Origin: an uncultured delta proteobacterium
GTDB lineage: Bacteria; Desulfobacterota; Desulfomonilia; Desulfomonilales; Desulfomonilaceae
Assembly: GCA_963789265.1 (NCBI GenBank)
Contig: CAWBKB010000007.1
Location: forward strand, 448,001-512,000
DNA: 64,000 nt
Direction of reading: 5' to 3'
Shown here piece by piece: positions 41,217-50,874 of the stretch (positions are counted from its first letter, which is position 1; the number at the start of each line of letters is the position of its first letter). Position numbers and translations under genes: made by a program. Under the pieces are notes generated by a model, which was not told the DNA's origin, did not search any database, and saw only the letters and a list, made by a program, of their open reading frames with translations.

Positions 41217-42273
41217 TCACAGAAAGGGCCCGAAAGCCAATGATACACTTCCACCAATCATGTAGACTGTGCGGTTAAGGTCCGCGTCGTAAGTCTGGGT
41301 CACCTGTGTACCGTCACTCCCAGTAGAAGTAAAGTCCCCTTCGGCATGACTCCATAGAGAATTCACCGTTGCAAAAGCCCCCACGCTGCACAAGGGTGAC
41401 ATGCGAAGAAACGTAGTGCAAAGAGAGTTCCTCAAAAATCGCACGCTTTGAGACCGCGTCCATGCCATCCCTTACTACTGGGGTAGAACCACCGAAAGTC
41501 ATTCCAAAAATCGTCCTGGTGCTTGCCCAGGGAGAACCGATACCCCTGAGTATCAGAGCGCTGCGGCATCCGGCCCATGCAGCTTCAAAGCCGACATAGG
41601 GCTGTATGGAGCTTATGGTCAAATCCGACTCGTCGAAAATTGTTGAAAATCCCGGAATTGTGGGGGGATTCTGCATGAGGAGATAGAAAGAGTCCCAACG
41701 CAACCCACCCATTACCGAAAGCCACGGCGCACAATTGACCCCGACGGCTCCATCTATGAGGCCCCACCGATATTTTGTGCACGCCGACCAATCGCGGCTG
41801 ATAAAGAGAGGAGGTGTTGCACAAATCGCAGTCTGGCTGGTGGCGGTCTCTGACGAGGGGATGAGGTATCTGCTTTCTGCCCGAGCGTAGAGGCATTCAC
41901 CAAGCGGAACACGTGCCGAGCCGCCTACCCACACTCCATTCACTTTGTTGAACTGGATGAAAGTGGTTTCTTCACCAATCACTCCGCTCGTTCCTTCGGT
42001 GGAGAACTTGATCTTTCCGGCATCATCATTGACCTGCCACGCCGCGTAAGAGCCGAACAACACCGGTGGCTTAAGACAAGGGGGATAGGGCTGACACAGC
42101 GATGCACCGCAACCGGGGCCACCTTGCAACGGCCCCACACCTGGAACTCCGACGCCTGGAGGTCCTCCCGGAACAGGACCCGGCACGCCGGCGGGCCACA
42201 TTTGAGCGCCCGCAATAGTTGCACCGGCGCAAAGGATTAAGAGGCAAGAGGCCATGAGGACGAGTCGTTTCAT
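41217..42273 (-). CDS. Secreted / outer-membrane beta-barrel-like protein, frameshifted near 41410
   Basis: Signal peptide MKRLVLMASCLLILCAGATIAGA, Pro/Gly/Cys linker, amphipathic strands; the C-terminus continues in ORF 41217..41468 (YMIGGSVSLAF). Confidence 0.6.
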
Positions 42274-42318
42274 ATCAACCTCCACGGGTCAGTGGTGGAT
42301 CCTTCGGCATACACAATT

Positions 42319-42406
42319 GATAATTTCCTGATGTCAATTCAGAAAATTATCTGCATTCTTTATACCAAATTATGACTTAAATGTCAATCTATAGATTAGT
42401 AATCTA
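42319..42406 (-). promoter_or_regulatory. Sigma-70 promoter with two operator-like palindromes
   Basis: - strand TTGACA(42382-87)-17 nt-TATAAA; gataatttcctga-N7-tcagaaaattatc (42319-42351); tagatta-g-taatcta (42392-42406). Confidence 0.6.
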
Positions 42407-42688
42407 ATATAACATATTAATTATATAAATGTTATTATTGGAAAATCGTTCGGTCTCGTTCCCTTTGGGGTAGCTCTGGGCACTGAATCCCCATTACAGC
42501 GAACGTGAGCGATAATTCCCCACGCGCTGAGGACCAAGTTGCCTTAAGGACAATCTTTTTTATGGTGCGGGCCTTTTACACCCAAGCAAGTCCCGCTTGT
42601 AATGATTGTTGGTTGGTCTTCCCTAGTAGCTCCATAGGATAATCGCCTGAAATGACCGGTCATTATTTTTTGCCCGCCATGATTACGT

Positions 42689-42705
42689 TTGGCATGAAAT
42701 GTGCA
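42689..42705 (+). promoter_or_regulatory. Sigma-54 promoter
   Basis: TTGGCATGAAATGTGCA (GG-N10-GC). Confidence 0.6.
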
Positions 42706-42915
42706 TTTACCAAGCGGTGGGGACGGCGTGGTTTTCGTGTCGCTACGCCAAAACACTCCACAAATTTGCGCTCATACAAGTGGGGGGACGGGCCGAAGGG
42801 GCTCCGACAAATCGAAGTTTGGTCGCTATTTTAATTTCGGTGCGTGCTCCCTTTTTATAATGGTGCGCGGGCAGTTGCGGGCAGGGTGCACATGCCAACA
42901 TGCTTCAAAAAGGGA

Positions 42916-43869
42916 ATGATCATGTTGAATCAGATGAGGTTGATGCGCGCTGCTGAGTCGGGGAGTCTCGAACGGATAGAGATATTGGTTGCCAAGGGGA
43001 CGGACATTGACGGCAGGGACCAATATGGCGCCACCGCATTGATGAAGAGCAGCCTATGGGGGGAACTGGCTACAGCAGAACTGCTCCTGGATTTTGGCGC
43101 AGAAGTAAATGCCCGGGAGACGGTATTCGGGTCTACTGCATTGATATTTGCTTCGCTGGCAGGTCATACCGAGGTAGTGCGGCTTCTCCTCAAACGTGGA
43201 GCAGAAGTGAATTCGGCCACCCGAGTAGGCGGAACAGCGTTGATGGCAGCAGCCAGAGAAGGGCACGGAGAAGTGGTCGAAATGCTCCTCGAAAATGGAG
43301 CAGAGGTTGGTTGCCGAGATAAAAGGGGCTTTTCTGCACTGACCGAAGCCTCGAGAGAAGGGCACCTGAGTGTAGTGCAGATGCTTATTGCGGCGTCCGC
43401 CGATCCGCACACTGCGGACCGCGATGGCCGAACGTCATTGTTCTGGGCGTGTTACAAAGGCCATGCGGCGGTTGCCAGGCTGCTATTGGACTCGGGAGCC
43501 ATGCCCGATCGCAAAGACCGACACGACAACACACCACTGGTCTGGGCCTGCTTCAAGAACCACATGGCTGTGGCCGAGATGCTGCTGGACCATGGTGCTG
43601 ACGTCAACTACGAGACGAGAACGGGCTATTCCCCTTTGCTGATAGCTTCCGCGGCAGGTCACAGACGAATGGTGAACTTGCTCTTGGAAAGGGGCGCAGA
43701 TATTAATTCGGCCAATTATAGGGGCTATACGGCCTTATTTGTGGCTTGTGCCGCGTGGCGTGCCGACGTAATAAAAGCGCTAGTACTCAGGCATTTAAGC
43801 CAGGGAAGAGCTATTGTTTCTTCTCAACATAAGCTTGCACCATCCCGCAATGATGAGGAAATAAGTTAA
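42916..43869 (+). CDS. Ankyrin repeat protein
   Basis: About eight repeats G-x-T-A-L..A...GH..VV.LLL..GA.VN. Confidence 0.93.
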   Translation: MIMLNQMRLMRAAESGSLERIEILVAKGTDIDGRDQYGATALMKSSLWGELATAELLLDFGAEVNARETVFGSTALIFASLAGHTEVVRLLLKRGAEVNSATRVGGTALMAAAREGHGEVVEMLLENGAEVGCRDKRGFSALTEASREGHLSVVQMLIAASADPHTADRDGRTSLFWACYKGHAAVARLLLDSGAMPDRKDRHDNTPLVWACFKNHMAVAEMLLDHGADVNYETRTGYSPLLIASAAGHRRMVNLLLERGADINSANYRGYTALFVACAAWRADVIKALVLRHLSQGRAIVSSQHKLAPSRNDEEIS

Positions 43870-43965
43870 CCGACTTGCATGTCGGACAAGCGCGAATGAA
43901 ATTAAAGCAAGAAGGGGGGCAAGTTGCTAATTGAGACGCGTTGCTATGGATCGAGGGAGACAACT

Positions 43966-44244
43966 ATGAACAAAAACAAAGTGAAGGCAAAAGGGTCTGT
44001 TGAACTCCAAGAGGCGATCGGATACTTGGAAAATATACTGCAAGGCATGAAAGACGGCAGGGTTGTTGTGAACCGGGGAGATCAATCTGTTACGTTTCAG
44101 CCTGCGGACGCCATGGACATGGAAATTGAGGCAAAGCATAAGGACGGCGAGCAGGAGCTTTCTCTAGAATTGAAAAGGCGAGAGCGCCGGCATGTTGGCG
44201 AGATGGAGGGACTGACCATATCGTCGCAAGAGGGAAGTGCTTAA
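43966..44244 (+). CDS. Amphi-Trp domain-like small protein
   Basis: EAIGYLENILQGMKDGRVVV...DMEIEAKHK...ELSLELK; SD gaggga. Confidence 0.7.
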   Translation: MNKNKVKAKGSVELQEAIGYLENILQGMKDGRVVVNRGDQSVTFQPADAMDMEIEAKHKDGEQELSLELKRRERRHVGEMEGLTISSQEGSA

Positions 44245-44286
44245 GCATCAAATGATGTTTCAGCGTGCAAAAACAGCATGTTTAGC

Positions 44287-44624
44287 GTAACGGCCCGGCC
44301 GGCCTTGACTTCAGATCCCCGGTTTTGGCGAAAGAGTCGAGGCCGGAAGGGCGTTACCTCTAGGAAATTATATCCATTTTTCTCGTTCCCACGCTCTGCA
44401 TGGGAATGCGTGTCAGCGAGGCTCTGCCTCGACCATTGTAGTTTAACAAAGGCAGTTCGCGGGCAGAGCCCGCAAGGTATGGGTTCCCAGGCGGAGCTTG
44501 GGAACCAGAAAAAGATGCCCGTCCTACGGATCAGATTGCACTCCTTACTATCTGGCTCGTGGCGCAGACTTTCCAGTCTGCGGTTTCTCATCTCAGGTTT
44601 GGCGGACTGGAAAGTCCGCCCCAC
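44287..44624. repeat. REP mosaic (three palindrome families)
   Basis: gtaacg..ccggccttgact/agtcgaggccgg..cgttac; tctcgttcccacgctctgcatgggaatgc..gggaaccaga; gtggcgcagactttccagtctgcg..ggcggactggaaagtccgccccac. Confidence 0.75.
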
Positions 44625-44685
44625 GGCGCAATGACAGTCGTTTACCGCTCGTAACTTAATGATTACGACCAGTTATTCATTTTTG

Positions 44686-44714
44686 TTGACAAGTGAATAC
44701 TGCTACTCTAAAGT
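44686..44714 (+). promoter_or_regulatory. Sigma-70 promoter
   Basis: TTGACA-17 nt-TAAAGT. Confidence 0.6.
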
Positions 44715-44782
44715 AATTTTAGTATAGTTTATGTGCAGGCGTGTCGAGTATTTGCTTCGCCGGGTAATCGCCAACCGGGGTT

Positions 44783-45187
44783 ATGGGGGAAGCCATGTAT
44801 TCCGGGAAGAGTCTTGACGACTTGATAGAGGCAGGGTGGCATGTAATAGACACGGAATTTGACGCGGGGGCCTTCTATTACTGGAAGAAAAAAGCTCTGG
44901 ATTTTCTAACGGATTTTGTTGGGCCTGACCACGAGTCCACCCGGAGTTTCAAGAACTGCATTGAACAAACCAAAGGATTTGATCCTCTCGATCACAGGAG
45001 TATTCTCACGGCTGCGTCGAAGGACACTTGTGCGATCGAAGAGGAAGGCGAGCGCCTGTTTCTAGCATCGTCTGAATGTCCGACAGCAATTCACTTTCGA
45101 GCAAATGAGACCGTGTCTCTTGTGGAGGCGAGTTTCAAACCCGCCCTCACATGTCGTCATGCCCGTGTACGCAAGAATCCATTGTAG
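44783..45187 (+). CDS. Hypothetical protein; 3' end runs into a REP
   Basis: LDDLIEAGWHVIDTEFD..YWKKKALDFL..VGPDH; promoter upstream. Confidence 0.55.
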   Translation: MGEAMYSGKSLDDLIEAGWHVIDTEFDAGAFYYWKKKALDFLTDFVGPDHESTRSFKNCIEQTKGFDPLDHRSILTAASKDTCAIEEEGERLFLASSECPTAIHFRANETVSLVEASFKPALTCRHARVRKNPL

Positions 45188-45200
45188 GGGGAGACCTGCG

Positions 45201-45409
45201 GAAACTGTCTCAAAACTATTTTGATGCCCAGAATCGTGCCACGATTCAGGCTCATTCGTATAGTCGTCGCCCTCACCCCAACCCTCTCCCTCTGGGAGAG
45301 GGCGCAGATCCAGGGCAGTTTTGCACTTCCCTCGCCCTCTGGGAGAGGGACACAGGGTGAGGGATTCGTGCTACGATTCCGACCGCTTCATTGTTTTTGA
45401 GACAGTTTC
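45201..45409. mobile_element. MITE (209 bp), TSD TGCG
   Basis: tgcg|GAAACTGTCTCAAAA...TTTTGAGACAGTTTC|tgcg. Confidence 0.92.
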
Positions 45410-45673
45410 TGCGTGCCTGCCCTGGACGGACACACTGGTCCGCCCCTTCATCCCTCGGATATGACACCTTGCCTTTTCCGCATACCGTCAGATCTTCTCA
45501 TACACCTCAGTCTCGTGATATGGTGCCCGTGGACTTGGCCGTGAAAGCGTGCTGAGGTGGTCCACCGTAGCTGCAAAGGTAGGGTAAACAGGTGGTTCCA
45601 TTTCAAAGAAGGCACCGTGGCAGAGGTTCATACGTCGTTGTATTGCCTGAATATTGTGTAGAGGTGGCGGTAG

Positions 45674-46882
45674 ATGGTTCGGCCGGCCATTATAGATCGG
45701 TATGTCTTTCGGGAGGTGGTTGTTACCGTTTCTCTTTTGTTTTGCCGTTTTCCTCGCTGCCGGTCTTATCGCGGGTTTTCTCCCGCTTCTTCAGAAAGGT
45801 ATGGAAGCCGGCCTTGGGCTGACTCTAATTCTGTTTCAAGTCTTGATTAGCGCCCTTCCGGCCACGCTGGTGACAGTGCTGCCGCTGTCTCTGATGATCG
45901 GTATCCTGCTTGGGCTCGGGCGTATGGCAGCAGACAATGAGGTTGCAGCCATAAAATCAGCGGGCGTCTCCGTACTGCGTCTGCTTCCGCCAGTCCTATT
46001 CCTCGGTCTGATTGCCTTCATTCTCAGCCTTGTCTGCACTCTAAGTCTCATTCCCAAAGGTGTTTCGGCAGAGCGCAGGCTCATGCAAGAAGCCGTTACC
46101 CAGCGGGCCGACGCGGGAATCGAGGAACGAACGTTTCTTTGATTCGCTCAAAAACCTCATACTTTACGTCGAGGAGATTGACTCCGCTACCGGCGTGATG
46201 AGCCGAGTATTTATCAGGGAGTCTTCACAGCCGGATGAAGTCACCACAATCCTTGCCCAAAAAGGAAAAGTGATTCCCGATCCCGCGGGAAAGGCGTTCA
46301 TTTTGAACTTGCGTAACGGCACCGTTCTCAAAGAGGACAAGAGCGGCGGCTCAACCGGCAGTCTTGCTTTTGAGAGCTATATCTATCGGTACCCGCTGGC
46401 GCATGCGGGTGCGGCTAACCCCACAAAATCATTTGAGGAGATGTCCATTGCTGGAGTGCGCGGTCGAGTGCGGGCTGTTATGGCTAAGGAAACCACAGGG
46501 AATCCCGCAGAAATAGCGTATATTCATAGAGTTGACAACTTCGCCCGTATTCTCATAGCGCAACGATTCATTCATCCGCTTGCGTGCATTGCTTTGGCAC
46601 TCATAGCCTTCCCCCTGGGTGTGTTGAACATCGGGCGGAGCAGGCTGAACAACGTACCCCTGGGGTTGGTGATGATCTTCATTTATTACGCCTTTACACT
46701 TGCAACAGAACGAATGGCCCGTTCCGGCTTGGCGCCGCCGGAACTTGTGCTGCCGCTCCCACCTCTGGTTTTCATAGTCATTGCGGCTTACTTTATTCGA
46801 TGCGTTCAAATGGAGCGAATCCCGCGGCTGGCTCGTTTCTCTCCAGACCCTAATGTTGCAGGTACGGCGGAACAGGATATGA
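45674..46882 (+). CDS. lptF: LptF/LptG family LPS export permease, with apparent +1 frameshifts (~45718, ~46135, probably ~46840)
   Basis: MVRPAIIDRYVFREV / LPLSLMIGILLGLGRMAADNEVAAIKSAGVS / FDSLKNLILYVEE..RFIHPLACIALALIAFPLG, spread over shifting frames. Confidence 0.8.
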
Positions 46883-46891
46883 TTTTGTATG

Positions 46892-47113
46892 TCATTTTCT
46901 TTTCTCTATCCTGCTCTGAAGTTCCTCGAAAGAGAGGAGGTCTCCAGGATGAGCCTCATAGCTCTTAATTCTTTTGTCCAATTCGTCCAAATGGCTCTGA
47001 GGTACAGGCACGCCGGTCTCATCTGAAGCAATGCCGTCCCACAGGTTTTCCACCAACAGGATCTTTTCCGGCGCACTTAGCCGCGCAATTTCGGGAATGT
47101 GACTTACACGCAT
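46892..47113 (-). CDS. Addiction-module antitoxin component (orphan)
   Basis: LSAPEKILLVENLWDGI..ELDKRI..YEAHP. Confidence 0.85.
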   Translation of the reverse strand: MRVSHIPEIARLSAPEKILLVENLWDGIASDETGVPVPQSHLDELDKRIKSYEAHPGDLLSFEELQSRIEKRK

Positions 47114-47166
47114 CCTGTTTCTTCTCCCTTGCTGTGCAAGCAATAGTGCATGTGCGTAAAGGTTGT

Positions 47167-49062
47167 TTATTGTTCCCGGTATTTCTTCGTCAATGCACGG
47201 ATGTCCGTCTCGGTAAACTCCACACCGTGCTCTTCCATGAGCTCCGTCTCCACTTTGAGAAGTTCTTCCAGCCTGATGTCCGCGCCGAATACCCCGATCA
47301 TCTTACCCTGTTTGTCTCTTAGGGGAGCAGAGACAGTGATGCATAAGGCTCCGGTGATTCGCGACGTAAACGGGCCTACCACATGAATCTTGCCGTCCTT
47401 GACCGGCCTGATGAACCAGGGCCGATCGGAAAAGTCTTCGTGCGGCTTGAACGCTACATATTTTGCCCGCTCGGTGATGTCGGTAATATTTTCGGTGACC
47501 TTCTTCCCCTCCATGTCCGCGACATAGCAGTATTGAATGAAGGGATACCTGCTCAGGAATTCGGTCATGGCCTTTTCCATAGTCTTTGGCTTGCTGGATC
47601 TCATCGCGGTCGTTTCGGTAAAGCGCTCCACAATCTTGAAGGCCATCTCCCCGGCAATGAGCTTCATGCGATCCCAGTCCGAGATGAAAAGTTCGGGCAT
47701 ATACCGCTTGACCAGTGCTGTGATCTCCTTGTCGGACATTGCAGTCACACGCCCGGCGTCGTATAGCTCGGTAACAATGTCATAGATCTTGGAAATGGCC
47801 GGATGGCTTTTTTCGACCTTTTCCTCCATAGGCACATCCATTTTGGTATTGATCCAATGCGCAATGCCGGCCATACCGGACTTGTCGGTAATATTGACTA
47901 CAGGCGCCTTGCCCAGAATCTTCGTGGTATCGAAGACATTATAGATTTCCTCATTCTTAAGCGCACCGTCCACATGAACGCCTGCGCTGGTCGCATTGAA
48001 GGATTTGCCCAGCAAGGGATAATTTTCAGGAATGTGGTGTCCCAACTCACGCTCGAAATATTCCGCGACCTCGGTTATGGCCAGAGTGTTCATGCCGTCG
48101 GCCTGCCCTCGAATCGACATGTATTCGATCATAAGCGCTTCAATAGGAGTGTTTCCGGTTCTCTCGCCGATGCCGAGGAGAGTGCCGTTCACGCCCGAGC
48201 ACCCGTAGAGCCATGCGTAGACCGCGTTGGTCAGAGATTTGTGAAAATCATTGTGCCCGTGCCATTCGAGCAAGTCTTCGGGGACATTGGCATCATCAAT
48301 CATGGCCCGTATGAGCTTGGGCACGCTCCGAGGCAGCGCGGCCCCCGGATAGGTGACTCCAAAGCCCATGGTATCGCAAAGTCGTATCTTGATGTCCACT
48401 CCCGATTCTTCACGGATTTCCATGAGCTTCTGGGCAAGTGGCACACAGAAACCGTAAATGTCCGCCCTGGTCACATCCTCAAAGTGGCATCTGGGCAGTA
48501 TTCCCTTTTCGAGAGTGACTCGGACCATGTCCACATATTTGTCCATTGCCTTCTTGCGATCCAATCCCATTTTGAGGAAGATATGGTAATCCGAGACCGA
48601 CGTTAAAATCCCGGTCTCTGTAAGACCCGCTGCCCTTAAATAGGACAGGTCTTTCTTGTGCGCTCTTATCCAGCCGGTAATTGAAGGGTATTGATAACCT
48701 TTGCTCCGGCAGCGCTCCAGAGCTTCGCGGTCCTTCTTCGTGTACACGAAGAACTCCGACTGCCGAATGATGCCGCGGGGGCCGGAGAGCTTATGGAGGA
48801 AATCAAAAAGTGCGGACATCTGATCCACGGTGAATGGTGGCCTGGCCTGCTGCCCGTCGCGGAACGTGGTATCGGTAATAAGGAAATTCCTGGCCGGATT
48901 AATCGGCAGTATCGCAAAATCGAAGTCTACTTTGGGCACTTCAGAGTACGGGAAAATATTTCGCAATAGGTTCGGTTCGCTCACCTCGCGGAGGGACCTC
49001 TCCTTATGAAACTTGTTGAACTCGTGATACAGAACTCCTCTTTTAGGATCCCAACTGGCCAT
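47167..49062 (-). CDS. Re-citrate-synthase-like DRE-TIM enzyme with C-terminal Cache/PDC domain
   Basis: ITDTTFRDGQQ, RCHFEDVTRADIYGF, EWHGHNDF, GIGERTGN; C-terminal DFSDRPWF..SRITGALCITVSAP..GVFGADI. Confidence 0.85.
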   Translation of the reverse strand: MASWDPKRGVLYHEFNKFHKERSLREVSEPNLLRNIFPYSEVPKVDFDFAILPINPARNFLITDTTFRDGQQARPPFTVDQMSALFDFLHKLSGPRGIIRQSEFFVYTKKDREALERCRSKGYQYPSITGWIRAHKKDLSYLRAAGLTETGILTSVSDYHIFLKMGLDRKKAMDKYVDMVRVTLEKGILPRCHFEDVTRADIYGFCVPLAQKLMEIREESGVDIKIRLCDTMGFGVTYPGAALPRSVPKLIRAMIDDANVPEDLLEWHGHNDFHKSLTNAVYAWLYGCSGVNGTLLGIGERTGNTPIEALMIEYMSIRGQADGMNTLAITEVAEYFERELGHHIPENYPLLGKSFNATSAGVHVDGALKNEEIYNVFDTTKILGKAPVVNITDKSGMAGIAHWINTKMDVPMEEKVEKSHPAISKIYDIVTELYDAGRVTAMSDKEITALVKRYMPELFISDWDRMKLIAGEMAFKIVERFTETTAMRSSKPKTMEKAMTEFLSRYPFIQYCYVADMEGKKVTENITDITERAKYVAFKPHEDFSDRPWFIRPVKDGKIHVVGPFTSRITGALCITVSAPLRDKQGKMIGVFGADIRLEELLKVETELMEEHGVEFTETDIRALTKKYREQ

Positions 49063-49080
49063 ACTCGGCCTCCACTTTTG

Positions 49081-50874
49081 TTATTTCTTGATCTTCACTT
49101 TCAGGCCCAACTCTTTGAGCTGTTCCGGACTCACCGGAGCAGGGGCTCCAGTAAGCGGGCAAGTCGCCTTCTGTGTCTTGGGGAACGCAATCACCTCGCG
49201 GATCGACTCTGAGCCCGTGAGAATTGCCAGCATCCTGTCTACCCCCAGAGCTATTCCTCCGTGAGGAGGGGCTCCGTATTGGAGTGCTTCCAGGAGGAAG
49301 CCGAACTTTTCCTCGGCCTGTTCCGGACTGATCTGCAGAGCAGAAAACACCTTTTGCTGAACGTCGTTCCTGTGGATTCTCATGCTTCCTCCGCCGACCT
49401 CCGTGCCGTTGAGAACCAGATCGTACGCTCTGGCGCGGACCTTCAGAGGATCTGTTTCCAGCAAAGCCAGGTCTTCCTCTCTAGGAGAGGTGAAAGGGTG
49501 ATGCATGGCCTTAAAACGTTTTTCTTCCTCATCATACTCGAACATGGGGAAGTCGGTGATCCAAAGAAATTCAAGTGTTCCCTGCGGAATTTCGCCGAGC
49601 TTTTCGGCCAAGCTATTTCTCAAATTTCCAAGTACGTCGTTCACGACTCGAACCGAGTCCGCAGCAAAGAGTATGACATCACCGGCATTCGCTTGCATTT
49701 TGTCGTAAATGGCGAAACGTTCCTCCGGACTGAGAAACTTGGCGATAGGGGATTGCCATGCACCTGCCTCCTTGATGCGGGTGTACGCGACCCCTTTTCC
49801 ACCGTAAATCGCTGCAAAATCGCGAAGATCGTCAAGATCTTTTCTGGAAAGCCTTTCCCCTCGTTCCGCTTTGAGGGCTTTTACGATCCCGCCGGCTTCC
49901 AGGGCAGATCGGAACACACCGAACTTCGTGTCTCTTACGATATCCGTAAGATCTACAAGTTCCATTCTGAAGCGGATATCAGGCTTGTCAACACCATACC
50001 GTGAAACCGCTTCGTCATACGTGAGCGCCGGGAACGGAAGAGTGAGATGAATTCCGAGAATCTCCTTGAATATCCCGGCCATCATGCGTTCGACAATGTC
50101 GAAAAGCCGATCTTCCTCAATAAACGAGGTTTCGATGTCCAACTGAGTGAATTCAGGCTGGCGATCTGCGCGAAGATCCTCGTCGCGAAAACAGCGGACA
50201 ATCTGATAATAGCGTTCAAAACCGGCAATCATGAGAATCTGCTTGAATAGCTGAGGCGACTGAGGAAGCGCGTAAAAGCTACCGGGAGAAATCCGGCTCG
50301 GAACGAGGTAGTCTCTTGCTCCCTCCGGCGTGCTGGTCGTAAGGAACGGAGTCTCAATGTCCGTGAAATCTTCATTGTTAAGGAAATTTCTAACAACCGC
50401 CATGAACCGATGTCGGATCAGCAGGTTGTTCCGGGCTCCCGCGGCCCTTCTAAGATCGAGGTAGCGATAACGATACCGCACCGCATCGGTGGGGACAGTA
50501 TCGTCATCCAGCGGGAATGGTGGCGGCTCCGATCGGTTGAGAATCTTCACTTCATCGACAAATACCTCTATGGTTCCTGTCGGCATATCAGGATTCAAGG
50601 ATTCTTCCGGACGACGGCGAACCAAACCTTTTGCTGCCAACACCCATTCGGGTCTCAGAAAATGCGCGCGAGCGTGCGCGTCATGAGAGTATTCCGGGTT
50701 AAACACGAGTTGGACGATTCCGCGGCGGTCCCTGAGATCGACGAAAATCACTCCGCCGTGGTCCCGGCGCCGCAGGGCCCAACCCATGACGACAACCTGA
50801 GTGTCTACATCTTGGTCAGTAATATCGGTTGACAGATGTGTCCTTTCCCATCCGTCCAACGCGTCGAGTTTCAA
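49081..50874 (-). CDS. aspS: Aspartate--tRNA ligase
   Basis: RRDHGGVIFVDLRD, STPEGARDYLVPSR, CFRDEDLRADRQPEFTQLD, YGAPPHGG. Confidence 0.98.
   Translation of the reverse strand: MKLDALDGWERTHLSTDITDQDVDTQVVVMGWALRRRDHGGVIFVDLRDRRGIVQLVFNPEYSHDAHARAHFLRPEWVLAAKGLVRRRPEESLNPDMPTGTIEVFVDEVKILNRSEPPPFPLDDDTVPTDAVRYRYRYLDLRRAAGARNNLLIRHRFMAVVRNFLNNEDFTDIETPFLTTSTPEGARDYLVPSRISPGSFYALPQSPQLFKQILMIAGFERYYQIVRCFRDEDLRADRQPEFTQLDIETSFIEEDRLFDIVERMMAGIFKEILGIHLTLPFPALTYDEAVSRYGVDKPDIRFRMELVDLTDIVRDTKFGVFRSALEAGGIVKALKAERGERLSRKDLDDLRDFAAIYGGKGVAYTRIKEAGAWQSPIAKFLSPEERFAIYDKMQANAGDVILFAADSVRVVNDVLGNLRNSLAEKLGEIPQGTLEFLWITDFPMFEYDEEEKRFKAMHHPFTSPREEDLALLETDPLKVRARAYDLVLNGTEVGGGSMRIHRNDVQQKVFSALQISPEQAEEKFGFLLEALQYGAPPHGGIALGVDRMLAILTGSESIREVIAFPKTQKATCPLTGAPAPVSPEQLKELGLKVKIKK

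Noticed and set aside
45520..45620. Possible ncRNA upstream of lptF (ggtgcc...ggcacc closure)
   Set aside because: Short stems are expected by chance at this GC content; no family recognised.
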